Origin: Dehalococcoidia bacterium
GTDB lineage: Bacteria; Chloroflexota; Dehalococcoidia; Bin125
Length of the DNA stretch: 64,000 bases
Reading direction: 5' to 3'
NCBI GenBank assembly: GCA_963662615.2
Contig: CAXXSR010000001.1
Location: 1,440,001 to 1,504,000 of the forward strand
Positions 9,647-19,084 of the stretch are shown here, in pieces. Numbering within the stretch: the stretch's first letter is position 1; every line of letters begins with the position of its first letter. A program made the position numbers and the translations under genes. The notes under the pieces were generated by a model. That model had not been told where the DNA came from and ran no database searches. It worked only from the letters and a program-made list of their open reading frames with translations.

Positions 9647-10255
9647 ATGACCGATCGAGTCGTCCTCTACATCGATGCACAGAACTTGTACAAGGGAGCC
9701 CGCGAATCCTTCCTTGCGGATGTCTCGGACCTTCGGCCGAGCGACGGGAACACCAGCCCCATGGCCATCGGAGAACTGATCGGCAGTCGCCCTCCTCCGG
9801 GGTTTTCGAGAACTCTCCATGAAGTCCGAGTCTACGTTGGCCGTCCCGACGCAACGAGAAACCCTAGGGGCTACGGCGCGAACATGCGCCAATCCGCTGC
9901 TTGGGAGAAGGAAGGCGCAACGGTCATTGCGCGAAGTCTTCGTTACCCACCACAAGGCGGGAAACCACAAGAGAAAGGCATCGACGTTCAGTTGGCGATC
10001 GACTTCGTGACCGGAGCCATTGACGGACGCTACGACGTCGGAATCATCTTTTCAACGGACACAGACCTGCGTCCCGCTCTCGAGTACGTGGCCCAGAAAT
10101 TTGATGTGACGCCTCGCGCTGAAGTCGCAGCCTGGACGAGCCCTCAGAGCAATCGGCGCATCACGTTCAAAGCGCCATACAGGACGTGGTGTCATTACCT
10201 GGACAGCCAAGACTTCCAGTCGGTGCGGGATTTGACCATCTACGGGCGTCCGTAG
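9647..10255 (+). CDS. NYN domain (PIN-like) ribonuclease
   Basis: YIDAQN, QEKGIDVQLAID, FSTDTDL motifs. Confidence 0.9.
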   Translation: MTDRVVLYIDAQNLYKGARESFLADVSDLRPSDGNTSPMAIGELIGSRPPPGFSRTLHEVRVYVGRPDATRNPRGYGANMRQSAAWEKEGATVIARSLRYPPQGGKPQEKGIDVQLAIDFVTGAIDGRYDVGIIFSTDTDLRPALEYVAQKFDVTPRAEVAAWTSPQSNRRITFKAPYRTWCHYLDSQDFQSVRDLTIYGRP

Positions 10256-10320
10256 AGCTTCGCCCTCCCTCTCGACCTAGTAGATCACGCGGTAGTCGCC
10301 GGAGACCAAGCGCCCCCCGT
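10256..10320 (-). pseudogene. RelE/ParE toxin remnant
   Basis: Minus strand reads RLVSGDYRVIY*VEREG with an internal stop and no intact start. Confidence 0.4.
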
Positions 10321-10378
10321 TGCTGCTGTCCGCGCGCCAGACTTCATACTCGTGATCGCTGGGGGTCACGAGTCCCCT

Positions 10379-10795
10379 CTACGCCCACGGCCCCATCTTC
10401 GGCCCCATCCCGCCAATCCGCTCCACCCCCATCCGCACGATCAGCCGCTCCTCGTCCGCGCGACGGAACGGATAGGAGTCCACCCCCATAAACCGTTTCG
10501 CGAGCTTGTCAATATGCCCGTCGGCGCCATCCGGGCTCACCGTCGCATTGCCGTACAGCAACATGTACGCCTGCGGATCCGCGCGGCCCTGGACGGAGAT
10601 GATGATGCGCGAGTCGCGCTCCAGATTGCGCGGCTTCAACCGGCCCCGCGCTGTATTGAAGAGGACCTCGTCCCCTTCCACGTCCATCCACACCATCGTC
10701 AGTTGCGGACTGCCATCGGGATTGAACGTCAAAACGTGCCCGTACGCCTTGTCCTCCAGTACGCGCTTGACCGACTGTGGAAGTGAGATCGACAC
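10379..10795 (-). CDS. PPOX-class F420-dependent oxidoreductase
   Basis: DGSPQLTMVW, FNTARGRLK.RNL.RD.R, HIDKLAK; GTG start after ggagggagga. Confidence 0.9.
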   Translation of the reverse strand: MSISLPQSVKRVLEDKAYGHVLTFNPDGSPQLTMVWMDVEGDEVLFNTARGRLKPRNLERDSRIIISVQGRADPQAYMLLYGNATVSPDGADGHIDKLAKRFMGVDSYPFRRADEERLIVRMGVERIGGMGPKMGPWA

Positions 10796-10917
10796 GGCTC
10801 CTCCCTCCGGAATCATTGCTGCGCCTTGGGATTCGCATTCTACGCGGGCGCGCTCACCCTCGCCTCGACCGCCTCACCGCGCTACGATGCCTCCAGGTCG
10901 GCGACGGGATAACGCCG

Positions 10918-12042
10918 GTGTCTACCCCCACCGCCGACGGCGCCGTCACCGTTCGCGGCCGCCCCGCACCGTACCGCATTCGCTTCTCCGCTCGCGCCCG
11001 CCGCGCCGCGCTCCACCTCCACCCCCGTCGCGGGATCGAGGTCGTCCTCCCGGCCGGCTCCCCTCGCCGCCTCGCCTCGGAACTGCTGCAAGAGAAAGCC
11101 GCCTGGCTCGAGCGCCACGCCGCCGACGTCCATCGCGCCCGCCGCTCTCCGCCCCTGCGCACCGGCGCCCGCCTCCCCTTCCGCGGCCACTGGCTCTTCC
11201 TCGTTCTCTGCGCAGCCTCCCGCCCCCGCGTCGCCCTCGACGCCGCCCTCACCGATTCCGCCGACCCTGAACCTGCCCCGAGCTTGTCGAGGGAGCCCGT
11301 CGAAGAGCGAACGCCCCCAAGATCGCCCCGATCAGCAACCCTCGGCGCGAGCGGCCACCAACGCAGCGCTCACCCAGACAAGCTGCGAGCGCGCGCGAAC
11401 GAAGCCGCACCCCCTCTCCATCGCTCACCGATGGAGAGGGGGACGGGGGGTGAGGTTCCGACGCGCGTCGCCCTCGGCATCGACGCCGCCCTCGACCACA
11501 CCGAATCCGTTCGTCCTGACCTGTCCTTCCCTCCTGGGAAGGAGCCTGTCGTAGGGCGAGCGGCGCTGCTCATAGAGCCCTCCGCCCAAGCGCACAGCGC
11601 CCGACACGGACTCTCCGCCCTCGAACGGTCAGACGGCCTCTTCGCGCCTGCGAGAACAATTACGGTGGACGCCCCCGCGCCGGACGACGAGACGGCCGTG
11701 CGGGCACAGCTGGAGCGCTGGTACCGCGCCCGCGCCCGCGCCATCGTCCCTGCCCGCGTCGCGGCGCTCCACCGCGCAGCCGACGGCCCCATCGCCCGCG
11801 TCCACATCCGCGATCAGGAAAGCTGTTGGGGCAGCTGCTCGGACGCCGGCGCCCTCAGCTTCAACTGGCGTCTCGTCATGGCGCCGCCCCCCGTCCTCGA
11901 CGCCATCGTCGCGCACGAACTCGTGCACCTGCGCGTCCCCGATCACTCCGAACGGTTCTGGTCCGCCCTCGACGCCCGCATGCCCCGCCACCGCGCTTGC
12001 CGCCGCTGGCTCGACGCCAACGCCTACCGCCTCGGCCTGTAA
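10918..12042 (+). CDS. YgjP/DUF45-like (M48/SprT) metallopeptidase with a large in-frame repeat-derived insertion
   Basis: RFSARARR, WGSCS, FNWRL, AHELVHL, HSERFW; residues encoded by 11255-11640 translate intergenic repeat modules. Confidence 0.85.
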   Translation: MSTPTADGAVTVRGRPAPYRIRFSARARRAALHLHPRRGIEVVLPAGSPRRLASELLQEKAAWLERHAADVHRARRSPPLRTGARLPFRGHWLFLVLCAASRPRVALDAALTDSADPEPAPSLSREPVEERTPPRSPRSATLGASGHQRSAHPDKLRARANEAAPPLHRSPMERGTGGEVPTRVALGIDAALDHTESVRPDLSFPPGKEPVVGRAALLIEPSAQAHSARHGLSALERSDGLFAPARTITVDAPAPDDETAVRAQLERWYRARARAIVPARVAALHRAADGPIARVHIRDQESCWGSCSDAGALSFNWRLVMAPPPVLDAIVAHELVHLRVPDHSERFWSALDARMPRHRACRRWLDANAYRLGL

Positions 12043-12235
12043 TGGATGATGGTGCATCCTCGTAGCGCGTCGCGGGGCATACTCATCGCCCCGTGCGGGC
12101 CCGCCCCGCTTGAGCGCCCCTACCGCCCCGGCGCGCCCGCCGAAGCGCAACTCCCGCGCGACGAACTGAGACATCGACGCGGGCAACCTGCGCCCGAACA
12201 ATCCGAAGACCCCGACGCGATCGTCAAGAAAATCG

Positions 12236-15200
12236 TCAAAAAACCAGCGGCTGCTCCCAACGCACCGGCTCCTCACCCGTCACGAACAGCCACAGCGCCT
12301 GCCCCCGTTGCAGCATCGACAGCGTGTTCAGGAACGACGGCGCCGCCACAATGAAGCTGTCGTAGACCTGCCGCTCCGGATCCCAAGCGAAGACCCGGTC
12401 CACCCGCCCGGCCAGCGCATTGATCGACGCCGTCACCGGCGTCGGCGCCCCGGCCCAGCTCACGTTGTTCCAGCCCGGCTGCAACGTCAGCACCCGCGCC
12501 GTCACGTATCGGAACGCGCCCTCCAGCGTGAAGGACCGGCCCTGCGGGTTCACCACCGTCACCGACGCGGGCCCCACGGCGCCCGCCGGCGTCCGCACCT
12601 CCAGCGCCGTCGCCTCCGCCGACACCACGACCGCGTCCACCCCGTTGAAGAGCACGCGCGCATCCGCGGCGAAGCCCGTCCCTTCCAGCCTGATCGGCGT
12701 TCCGCCCCCGCTCGCGCCCGACGCCGGCGACACCGTCGAAATCAGCGGCGCCGCATCGATCTCCACATTCTGCGCGAACTCCGACGTGTTCCCGCTGCCA
12801 TCGGTTGCCAGCGCCGTCAGCGCCGTCACATCTCCCACCGCCAGATCGCTGATCGTGAAGCGGCTGCCCGTCACGACCGTCGTCGCCAGCAACCGCACCG
12901 CCCCGCCCGCGCCTCCGCTGCCGGTCGCGCCGTTCGCGATCGCCGCCGGTTCGACCACCGCGTACAGATCGACCGTCGTGCCCGGCTCTGCCGCCCCTTC
13001 CACGGTCGCTACGTCCCCCTCGAAGCTCACTCGGTCAATGCTCACTCGGTTCAGCAGGTCGTTCGGCCCGTCATCCAGGTCGGCCGTGTCGTTTGGCGTC
13101 ACCCCCGACGCGGGATCGCCCGGCGATACGAGGTCAATCGCCAGCGCACCGTTGCTGTGGATCGCATTGCCGCGGAACGTGTTGCGCAGACTCGTCGCCC
13201 CCTCCACCCGGATCCCGTTCCCCGCGTTGAAGGCGATCACGTTCGCTCCCGGCAGTTGCGGCAAGTCGTCCACCGGCGCCACCGGAGCCACCGCACTGCT
13301 GACCGCCAGCGCGACGATCGTCACGGCGCCCGGCTCGAATTCGACCACTGGATCCACGGCCACCCCGTCCACCTCGAACGTCACCGTCTCGCCCGGGCCC
13401 GAGATCGTCAGCACGAAGCCGGCGCCGCCAATCGCCTCCACCAACCCCACCACGGTCGCGCCCGCCGCAGCGCCGTCCAAAAACGCCTCCACCACCGTCC
13501 CCGCCGGCGCTGCAAGACCGTTCACCGTCGCGGTCCCTTGAATCGTGTGCACCACCTCGCCCACCTGCGAGGCCGCCAGACCGGGCGTGTCCGCCAATCC
13601 CGCACCGATGGTGTTCCCCGCAGCGCCCGCGGCGATCCGCACCCCTGCCCCGCCGTTCCCCCGCGCCACTCCTCCTTCATCCACGCCGATCAAGCTGTTC
13701 CGCACCACCACCCCGCCCGTCTCCTCGCCCGCGATCACGACCCCGTCGCCTGCGTTGCCGGCGGCGACCACGCCCCGCACCTCCCCCGGACCTACGGTGA
13801 CGTCCGTCGCGCCGTTGTCGATCAACAGTCCCGTCCCGTTGCCCTCCACTCGCGCGCCCATCAGCGTCGCGCCCGCCGCTCCGTCCAGGTGGAGGCCGCT
13901 GCCCGCGAAGTTGGACAGCGACAGATCGCCGATTAGCGCGCGCGCGCCGCTTATCGCCAGCCCATCGACGCCCTCCTCCACGAGCGCGGATCCGTCAACC
14001 ACCGACCCGGCCCCATCGATCGTCGCATCATCCGCTCTCAGCGCCGGCAACGGGGATGCCAGCGCAATCTGCAGGGCCGACTCGAACAGGATCGCGAAGC
14101 CGGCGCCGCCGTCCCCGTCACCCTCCATCGACGCGATATCGTTGGCCGCCTCGATCGCCGCGCGAAAGCTGTCCGGGCCGGCGTCCTCGTCGCTGCTCAC
14201 GCTGACGACTCGACTCAGCGCTTGCTCCACCGCCAGCACGGCATCCAGCCGGCCCGCCCCGTACGTGTTGTCCGCTCCCGCTTCCCCCAGATCGACGGCG
14301 CTCTCCGTCAGCAGCGCCCGCAGCACCGCTCGCGCCGCAATCGGATTGCCGCCGCTCGCCGCCAGCAGCGACGGCCGCGCCTCCAGCAACAGCGCCGCCA
14401 CTGCCGCCACATGGGGCGCCGCCGCGCTGGTCCCGAAGAACGTCGTGCCAAAGCCGCCGTGGCCGGTCACCGAGACCCCGTCCACGGCGGTCAGGTCCGG
14501 CTTCATCGCCCCGTTGTTCGTCGGACCCCGGCTGCTGGGCGGCTGAATCTCGTCCAGGCCGGGCTCCCCGTGGTAAATCGCGCCCACCGAGATCACCCCG
14601 CCGCCCGCGTCGCTCTGCGCCAGCATGCTGCTGCCGGCGCTATTGAAGTTCAGCGCCGTCGCTTCGCCCGGCAAGACCGGCGCGAAAAAGGCGAACAGCT
14701 CCAGCTCCCGCGCCGCTGCCCCATCTTGGAAGTTCTGCACCACGATGCGGAACCGTCCCGCCGGCCCCTCGTTCCTGAAGGTCAGACGCTCGCGCGGAAG
14801 ATCGTTCGTTACCCCTTGAACTTCTCTGCTGGCTGCTACCCGCACGTTCTGTGAGTTGAGCAGGTACAGATCGTAGTTGTTGCTGGACTCGCCCCAGGAG
14901 TCGTCCCAGAACAGCACCACGAACGCCGTATCGCCCTGGTCCAAGAAGATCTCGTTAGCGGGCGCCGGACCCTCGCCTTGGGCATCCGTGGTCCCCTGTG
15001 CGGCCCGGAACCGGTGCACCGCCCCCGCAGACTCCAGCCCCATCGTTCGGCCGTCCGGTCCCGCTTCGAACGCGCCCGTATAGTGCCGGCGCGCCCAGTT
15101 CCCTACCGCCGTCATGTAGGCCCGGATCGGCCAGGCCGCGTTGCTCAGCGCCGCCGTCGTGTTCACGGACACGGCGCTCTGCTGGTCGTCCGGAAACACG

Positions 15201-16033
15201 AACCCCAGATCATCTACAACGATGTCGTTCCGCGCCGCCAGGTAATTGACGGCCTCGATCATCTCCAGGTCCGTCGCCGCATTCGCGAACGAGATCGCTG
15301 CGTCCGGGGCCAGATCATGGACGATCTCGATCATCGCCGTGCCCTCCGACCCGGCCTCCAACCCGTCCCCGTCGAAGGCGCGCTGGTCCGCGAGAACGGG
15401 CGCGTCGCCGCTCGCCTGCGACTCCGCCAACCCCCGCACCCCATTCGAGATCACGCCGATGCGAACGCCCGCCCCCGTCAGCTCCCAGTTGCTCCGCACC
15501 GCGTCCGCCCGCAGCGCCGCGTCACCCTCGCTGAGCGTCGATCCCGTCGTCGTCCGGGCGTAGGTGGGCAGCCGCACGAATCGGACGCCGGGCAGTCGAG
15601 CCAGCGCGCCCAGCGACGTCGCCGGCGCTTGGTACTGCGCCCGCCCCAGATCCGGCCGATGACGCTCCACCACCACGCCCAGCGCCGCCAGCGCCTCGGC
15701 ATCCGGCCCCGCGCCGGCAATGGCGACGTCCACCTGCACCATGCCCCCCGCGCCGATCCGCAGCGTCCGTGCGGCAATGGCGTCCGCCAGCCACTTCGAC
15801 CCCTCAGCCAGGCTGGACGGTGTCAGCGTCGCGTCGCTCGCGCGAAGCCGCGTCGCCTGCGCGAACAGCTCGGCCAGCGGACCCTCCAGGCGCGCGCTCA
15901 CGCCGTCCGACGACGCCTGCGCCGGCGCGCCCGTCAGCAGCACCGGTGACGCCGCCAGCAGCGACGCCGTCACCGCCAGCGCGATCACCCCGAGCAGCAG
16001 GCGACGTCCGGAACTCACACCGTTGCTTCGCAT
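12236..16033 (-). CDS. Secreted S8 (subtilisin-like) peptidase with beta-helix repeats, IPT/TIG domain and C-terminal surface domain
   Basis: Signal peptide, EGTAMIEIVHDLAP, SSRGP, FFGTSAAAPHVA, GNTSEF, GGTPIRLEGTGF. Confidence 0.88.
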   Translation of the reverse strand: MRSNGVSSGRRLLLGVIALAVTASLLAASPVLLTGAPAQASSDGVSARLEGPLAELFAQATRLRASDATLTPSSLAEGSKWLADAIAARTLRIGAGGMVQVDVAIAGAGPDAEALAALGVVVERHRPDLGRAQYQAPATSLGALARLPGVRFVRLPTYARTTTGSTLSEGDAALRADAVRSNWELTGAGVRIGVISNGVRGLAESQASGDAPVLADQRAFDGDGLEAGSEGTAMIEIVHDLAPDAAISFANAATDLEMIEAVNYLAARNDIVVDDLGFVFPDDQQSAVSVNTTAALSNAAWPIRAYMTAVGNWARRHYTGAFEAGPDGRTMGLESAGAVHRFRAAQGTTDAQGEGPAPANEIFLDQGDTAFVVLFWDDSWGESSNNYDLYLLNSQNVRVAASREVQGVTNDLPRERLTFRNEGPAGRFRIVVQNFQDGAAARELELFAFFAPVLPGEATALNFNSAGSSMLAQSDAGGGVISVGAIYHGEPGLDEIQPPSSRGPTNNGAMKPDLTAVDGVSVTGHGGFGTTFFGTSAAAPHVAAVAALLLEARPSLLAASGGNPIAARAVLRALLTESAVDLGEAGADNTYGAGRLDAVLAVEQALSRVVSVSSDEDAGPDSFRAAIEAANDIASMEGDGDGGAGFAILFESALQIALASPLPALRADDATIDGAGSVVDGSALVEEGVDGLAISGARALIGDLSLSNFAGSGLHLDGAAGATLMGARVEGNGTGLLIDNGATDVTVGPGEVRGVVAAGNAGDGVVIAGEETGGVVVRNSLIGVDEGGVARGNGGAGVRIAAGAAGNTIGAGLADTPGLAASQVGEVVHTIQGTATVNGLAAPAGTVVEAFLDGAAAGATVVGLVEAIGGAGFVLTISGPGETVTFEVDGVAVDPVVEFEPGAVTIVALAVSSAVAPVAPVDDLPQLPGANVIAFNAGNGIRVEGATSLRNTFRGNAIHSNGALAIDLVSPGDPASGVTPNDTADLDDGPNDLLNRVSIDRVSFEGDVATVEGAAEPGTTVDLYAVVEPAAIANGATGSGGAGGAVRLLATTVVTGSRFTISDLAVGDVTALTALATDGSGNTSEFAQNVEIDAAPLISTVSPASGASGGGTPIRLEGTGFAADARVLFNGVDAVVVSAEATALEVRTPAGAVGPASVTVVNPQGRSFTLEGAFRYVTARVLTLQPGWNNVSWAGAPTPVTASINALAGRVDRVFAWDPERQVYDSFIVAAPSFLNTLSMLQRGQALWLFVTGEEPVRWEQPLVF

Positions 16034-16199
16034 GGAGTGTTGAGGCTACCCCGGCGCGCCCCACTCGGCCATCACCCAGCCTCCACTCACTCCCAGTGCG
16101 GATGAAAGCGCGACGGGTCGCATCGCCACCCCATCGATCCGCCCGCCCTCGCTCCCCCCAGCCCTGCCCGCTCGCGCACTCTGGACTAGACTCGCAGCA

Positions 16200-17735
16200 A
16201 TGGCCGTTCCTTCTTCGCTCCCACCTCCCCCGCCTCTCACGCATTCCCTGGCGGCCCCGCGGCCTCCCCTCCTAGGAACCACCGGCTTCCTCTGGTGGTT
16301 GCCGCTGCTGGCCGCCATCGCCGCGGGCTTTGTCGCCTTCCTCCTCAGCGAAGCCAATGATGACATCTTCGAGGCCGAGGCCCTGCTGCTCGCCCCCGCC
16401 GACTCCGCCCTGCCGCCCGAGACCTACGCCGCCCTCGCCACCGATGCCTCCATCCTCCGCGAGTCCATCCGCACGCTGCGCATTCCCGTGACGGTCGAGG
16501 AACTCCGCGCCGCCATCGACGTCACCGTCGACGGTGCCCTCATCTCCCTGCGCGTGCGCGCCACCGACCCCGACGCCGCCGAAGATCTCACCCGCCAAGT
16601 GGCCAATCGGGTGATCGCCGGCAGCTCCGACATCCTCGCCGGCGCCCCCCAACCGTCCGTCCTCCGCCCCCCCTCGACCCCCACCAGCAGCATCAATGAT
16701 CACACCGCCCGCAACACGGCCTTCGCCGTGGCGGCGGCGCTCGCCGGCGGCATCGCCCTCGCCGCCCTCGTCTCCCGACGCGAACTCCCGCCGCCCCCAC
16801 CCGCTCCCATCCCAGCGGGAGCAGGCGTCCCCGTCTTGACCCAGATCCCGCGCGAACTCCGTGCAACGACACCGGCCCTCATCGACCGGGTCGATTCCCC
16901 CGAGGCCCACGCCTACCGCCTGCTGCAGCGCACGCTTGAGAGCGAACGGGACCGGACCGGCTTCCGCACGCTTCTCGTCGCGGGACTGGAGGACGGCTTC
17001 GGCGCCAGCACCGCGGCCCTCAATCTGGCCCTCGCCTCAGCCGAGAGCGGCGTCTCCACCCTCCTCGTCGACGCCGACCTGCGGCGGCCGGCCGTGCACC
17101 GGCTCCTCCACCTCGCCAACAGCCGCGGCTTCGCCGACGCCCTCGCCGGGGAAGCCGCCGAAGCGCAGGAGCCCCACGTCCTCTCCCAAGGAACCCTCTG
17201 GGTCCTCACCAGCGGCCTCCTCCCCATTGAGCCCGCGCACCTCTTCCGCTCCGCCCGCGCCGCCACCGTCCTCGCGGAACTTGCCGTTGGGGCGGACCTC
17301 ACCATCCTCGACGGCCCCTCGCTGCAGCATCCAGAGACACCTGCCCTCGCCGCCCTCTGCGACGCCACCCTGCTGGTCGTCGAGGCGCGCCGCCTCGACG
17401 ACACCTCGCTGGCAACGACCGCAGCATGGCTGGACGCGGCCGGCGCGCACGTCCTCGGCGCCGTCGTGACCAAAGCCGCCCCGGAGGACGGCGGACGCTT
17501 CCGCGCCGGTGTCGATACCCTGCAACCCGTCTCCTCCACCGGCGTCCCCGCCACGGCGCCGCTCTCCCCGCTCGACCCCGCCCCTGAACCGAACCCGCCC
17601 GCCCGACCCCGTCCCGGACCCCCCGCCCGACCCCTAGCCACCGCGACGGCGCCCCGCCCCGCCACGATAGTCGTGCTGCGGCTGGCTCAGTTTTCGGGGG
17701 GGCAGGTCAACCGAACCGGCGCGCAAGCGGGCTAG
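16200..17735 (+). CDS. Wzz/CpsD-CapB-like polysaccharide co-polymerase / tyrosine-kinase-like protein with degenerate Walker A
   Basis: Two TM segments, EAHAYR.L, GFGAST, LLVDADLRRP, ILDGP. Confidence 0.75.
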   Translation: MAVPSSLPPPPPLTHSLAAPRPPLLGTTGFLWWLPLLAAIAAGFVAFLLSEANDDIFEAEALLLAPADSALPPETYAALATDASILRESIRTLRIPVTVEELRAAIDVTVDGALISLRVRATDPDAAEDLTRQVANRVIAGSSDILAGAPQPSVLRPPSTPTSSINDHTARNTAFAVAAALAGGIALAALVSRRELPPPPPAPIPAGAGVPVLTQIPRELRATTPALIDRVDSPEAHAYRLLQRTLESERDRTGFRTLLVAGLEDGFGASTAALNLALASAESGVSTLLVDADLRRPAVHRLLHLANSRGFADALAGEAAEAQEPHVLSQGTLWVLTSGLLPIEPAHLFRSARAATVLAELAVGADLTILDGPSLQHPETPALAALCDATLLVVEARRLDDTSLATTAAWLDAAGAHVLGAVVTKAAPEDGGRFRAGVDTLQPVSSTGVPATAPLSPLDPAPEPNPPARPRPGPPARPLATATAPRPATIVVLRLAQFSGGQVNRTGAQAG

Positions 17736-18343
17736 GGCTCTTCGTCGAGCCCTGCGAGGCCCTCCGCGAGGACGCTGAACGTGGCGTCCAGCAATTGGTC
17801 CAGGTCGTCTGCGCCGCCGCTGCTCACCCAAGCGCGTTCGGCCGCCCGCATGGCCCCGGCCACCGCACCCGCGACCAGCCGCGCCCGCAGCTCGGCGTCC
17901 GGGCCTGGGGCATGCGCGGCAACGACCTCAGCGATCGCCTCCTCGAAGTCGATGTCCAGCTCGAGCTGTCGCCCCGTCAGTGCGGGCACCGAGGCTACGA
18001 TCTGCTGAAGAGTGACCGCTTCACGCGAATCGTCGCCGATTAGGTCCGCGACCACGGCGCCCGCGGCGCGGCGCAAGAGCTTAGCCAGCGTCTCGCCCTC
18101 GCGACGACTGGCGAGCAGCTGACGGAAGGCCGCCACGTATTCATCATGCCGGCAGAAGAGCACGTCATCCTTGGTTCCGAAGTAGCGGAAGAACGTACGC
18201 GGCGAGGCCTCGGCGGCTTCCGCGATCTGCTCAACGGTCGTGGCCTCGTACCCTTGCTCGAGGAACAGCCGAGCGGCTGCGGCGAAGAGCACGTCGCGGG
18301 TCCGGCGCTTCTTCCGCTCACGGAGCGGCTCGCGTTCCTGCAT
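17732..18343 (-). CDS. TetR family transcriptional regulator
   Basis: LRERKKRRTR, TTVEQIA..A..SPRTFFRYF.TK. Confidence 0.92.
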   Translation of the reverse strand: MQEREPLRERKKRRTRDVLFAAAARLFLEQGYEATTVEQIAEAAEASPRTFFRYFGTKDDVLFCRHDEYVAAFRQLLASRREGETLAKLLRRAAGAVVADLIGDDSREAVTLQQIVASVPALTGRQLELDIDFEEAIAEVVAAHAPGPDAELRARLVAGAVAGAMRAAERAWVSSGGADDLDQLLDATFSVLAEGLAGLDEEP

Positions 18344-18354
18344 TCATGCATCTT

Positions 18355-18430
18355 ATGCCAGTAGGCGTGTAGCAGCACACACTATTTGTTGCCAAATGGC
18401 ATATAATGCCAGTAGGCTCTCTACGCCAGT
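18355..18430. promoter_or_regulatory. Divergent promoter with candidate TetR operators
   Basis: atgccagtaggc at 18355 and 18406, near-palindrome tgccaaatggca 18390-18401, TATAAT 18402-18407. Confidence 0.55.
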
Positions 18431-18448
18431 ACACGGCGGAGGTGGCAC

Positions 18449-19039
18449 ATGACTATCGAACAGGGTGAAGGTGGGCGTGACAGCTCAGGCTCTTCTTGGA
18501 TCCCTGTGCAACACCTCTGGCGACCACCCAGCGAAGGCGGGCAGCAGCGAAGCGTGTCCGAGCCAGATGCGGCGTCGGCTCACGCCCTCACCAGGCTCCT
18601 CTTGACCGCGGCAGGAGCGATGAGCCTGGCGGTCGCCCTGCTGCACCTCGCCATCATTTTCATCGGGGCGCCCGGATATCGCTACTTCGGGGCACCGGAG
18701 ACGTTCGCGCGACAGGCCGAAGCAGGGTCCATGCTCCCTGCCGTCTTGACCCTCGGCCTCACCGCTCTGTTCGCCACGTTCGGGCTCTACGGCCTCGGAG
18801 GGGCAGAGCGCTTCAGAGCACTGCCGCTCCTGCGCCCTGCGCTCGTGGCGATCGGCTGCATCTACACATTGAGGGGGCTCCCCGTTTTCCCCCAGGCGTG
18901 GTTGCTGCTCTGGTCGCCCGGTTCTCGCCCGCCGCGGGAGGTCGTCTTCTCGCTCGTCTCGCTCATCACCGGGCTTCTGTACCTCGAGGGAACGAGGCGT
19001 GGCTGGCGGCGACTGGGCTGGCTCCTGCAGGGCACGTAG
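18449..19039 (+). CDS. Integral membrane protein (start may lie further downstream)
   Basis: Four hydrophobic helices; GAPGYRYFGA and IYTLRG motifs. Confidence 0.6.
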   Translation: MTIEQGEGGRDSSGSSWIPVQHLWRPPSEGGQQRSVSEPDAASAHALTRLLLTAAGAMSLAVALLHLAIIFIGAPGYRYFGAPETFARQAEAGSMLPAVLTLGLTALFATFGLYGLGGAERFRALPLLRPALVAIGCIYTLRGLPVFPQAWLLLWSPGSRPPREVVFSLVSLITGLLYLEGTRRGWRRLGWLLQGT

Positions 19040-19084
19040 GGTGCCGAGCACTCGCGGCATCGACCCAAAAGGGAGGGATTTCCG

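Noticed and set aside
12308-15949. Long + strand ORFs overlapping the S8 peptidase
   Set aside because: Antisense shadows of a high-GC gene
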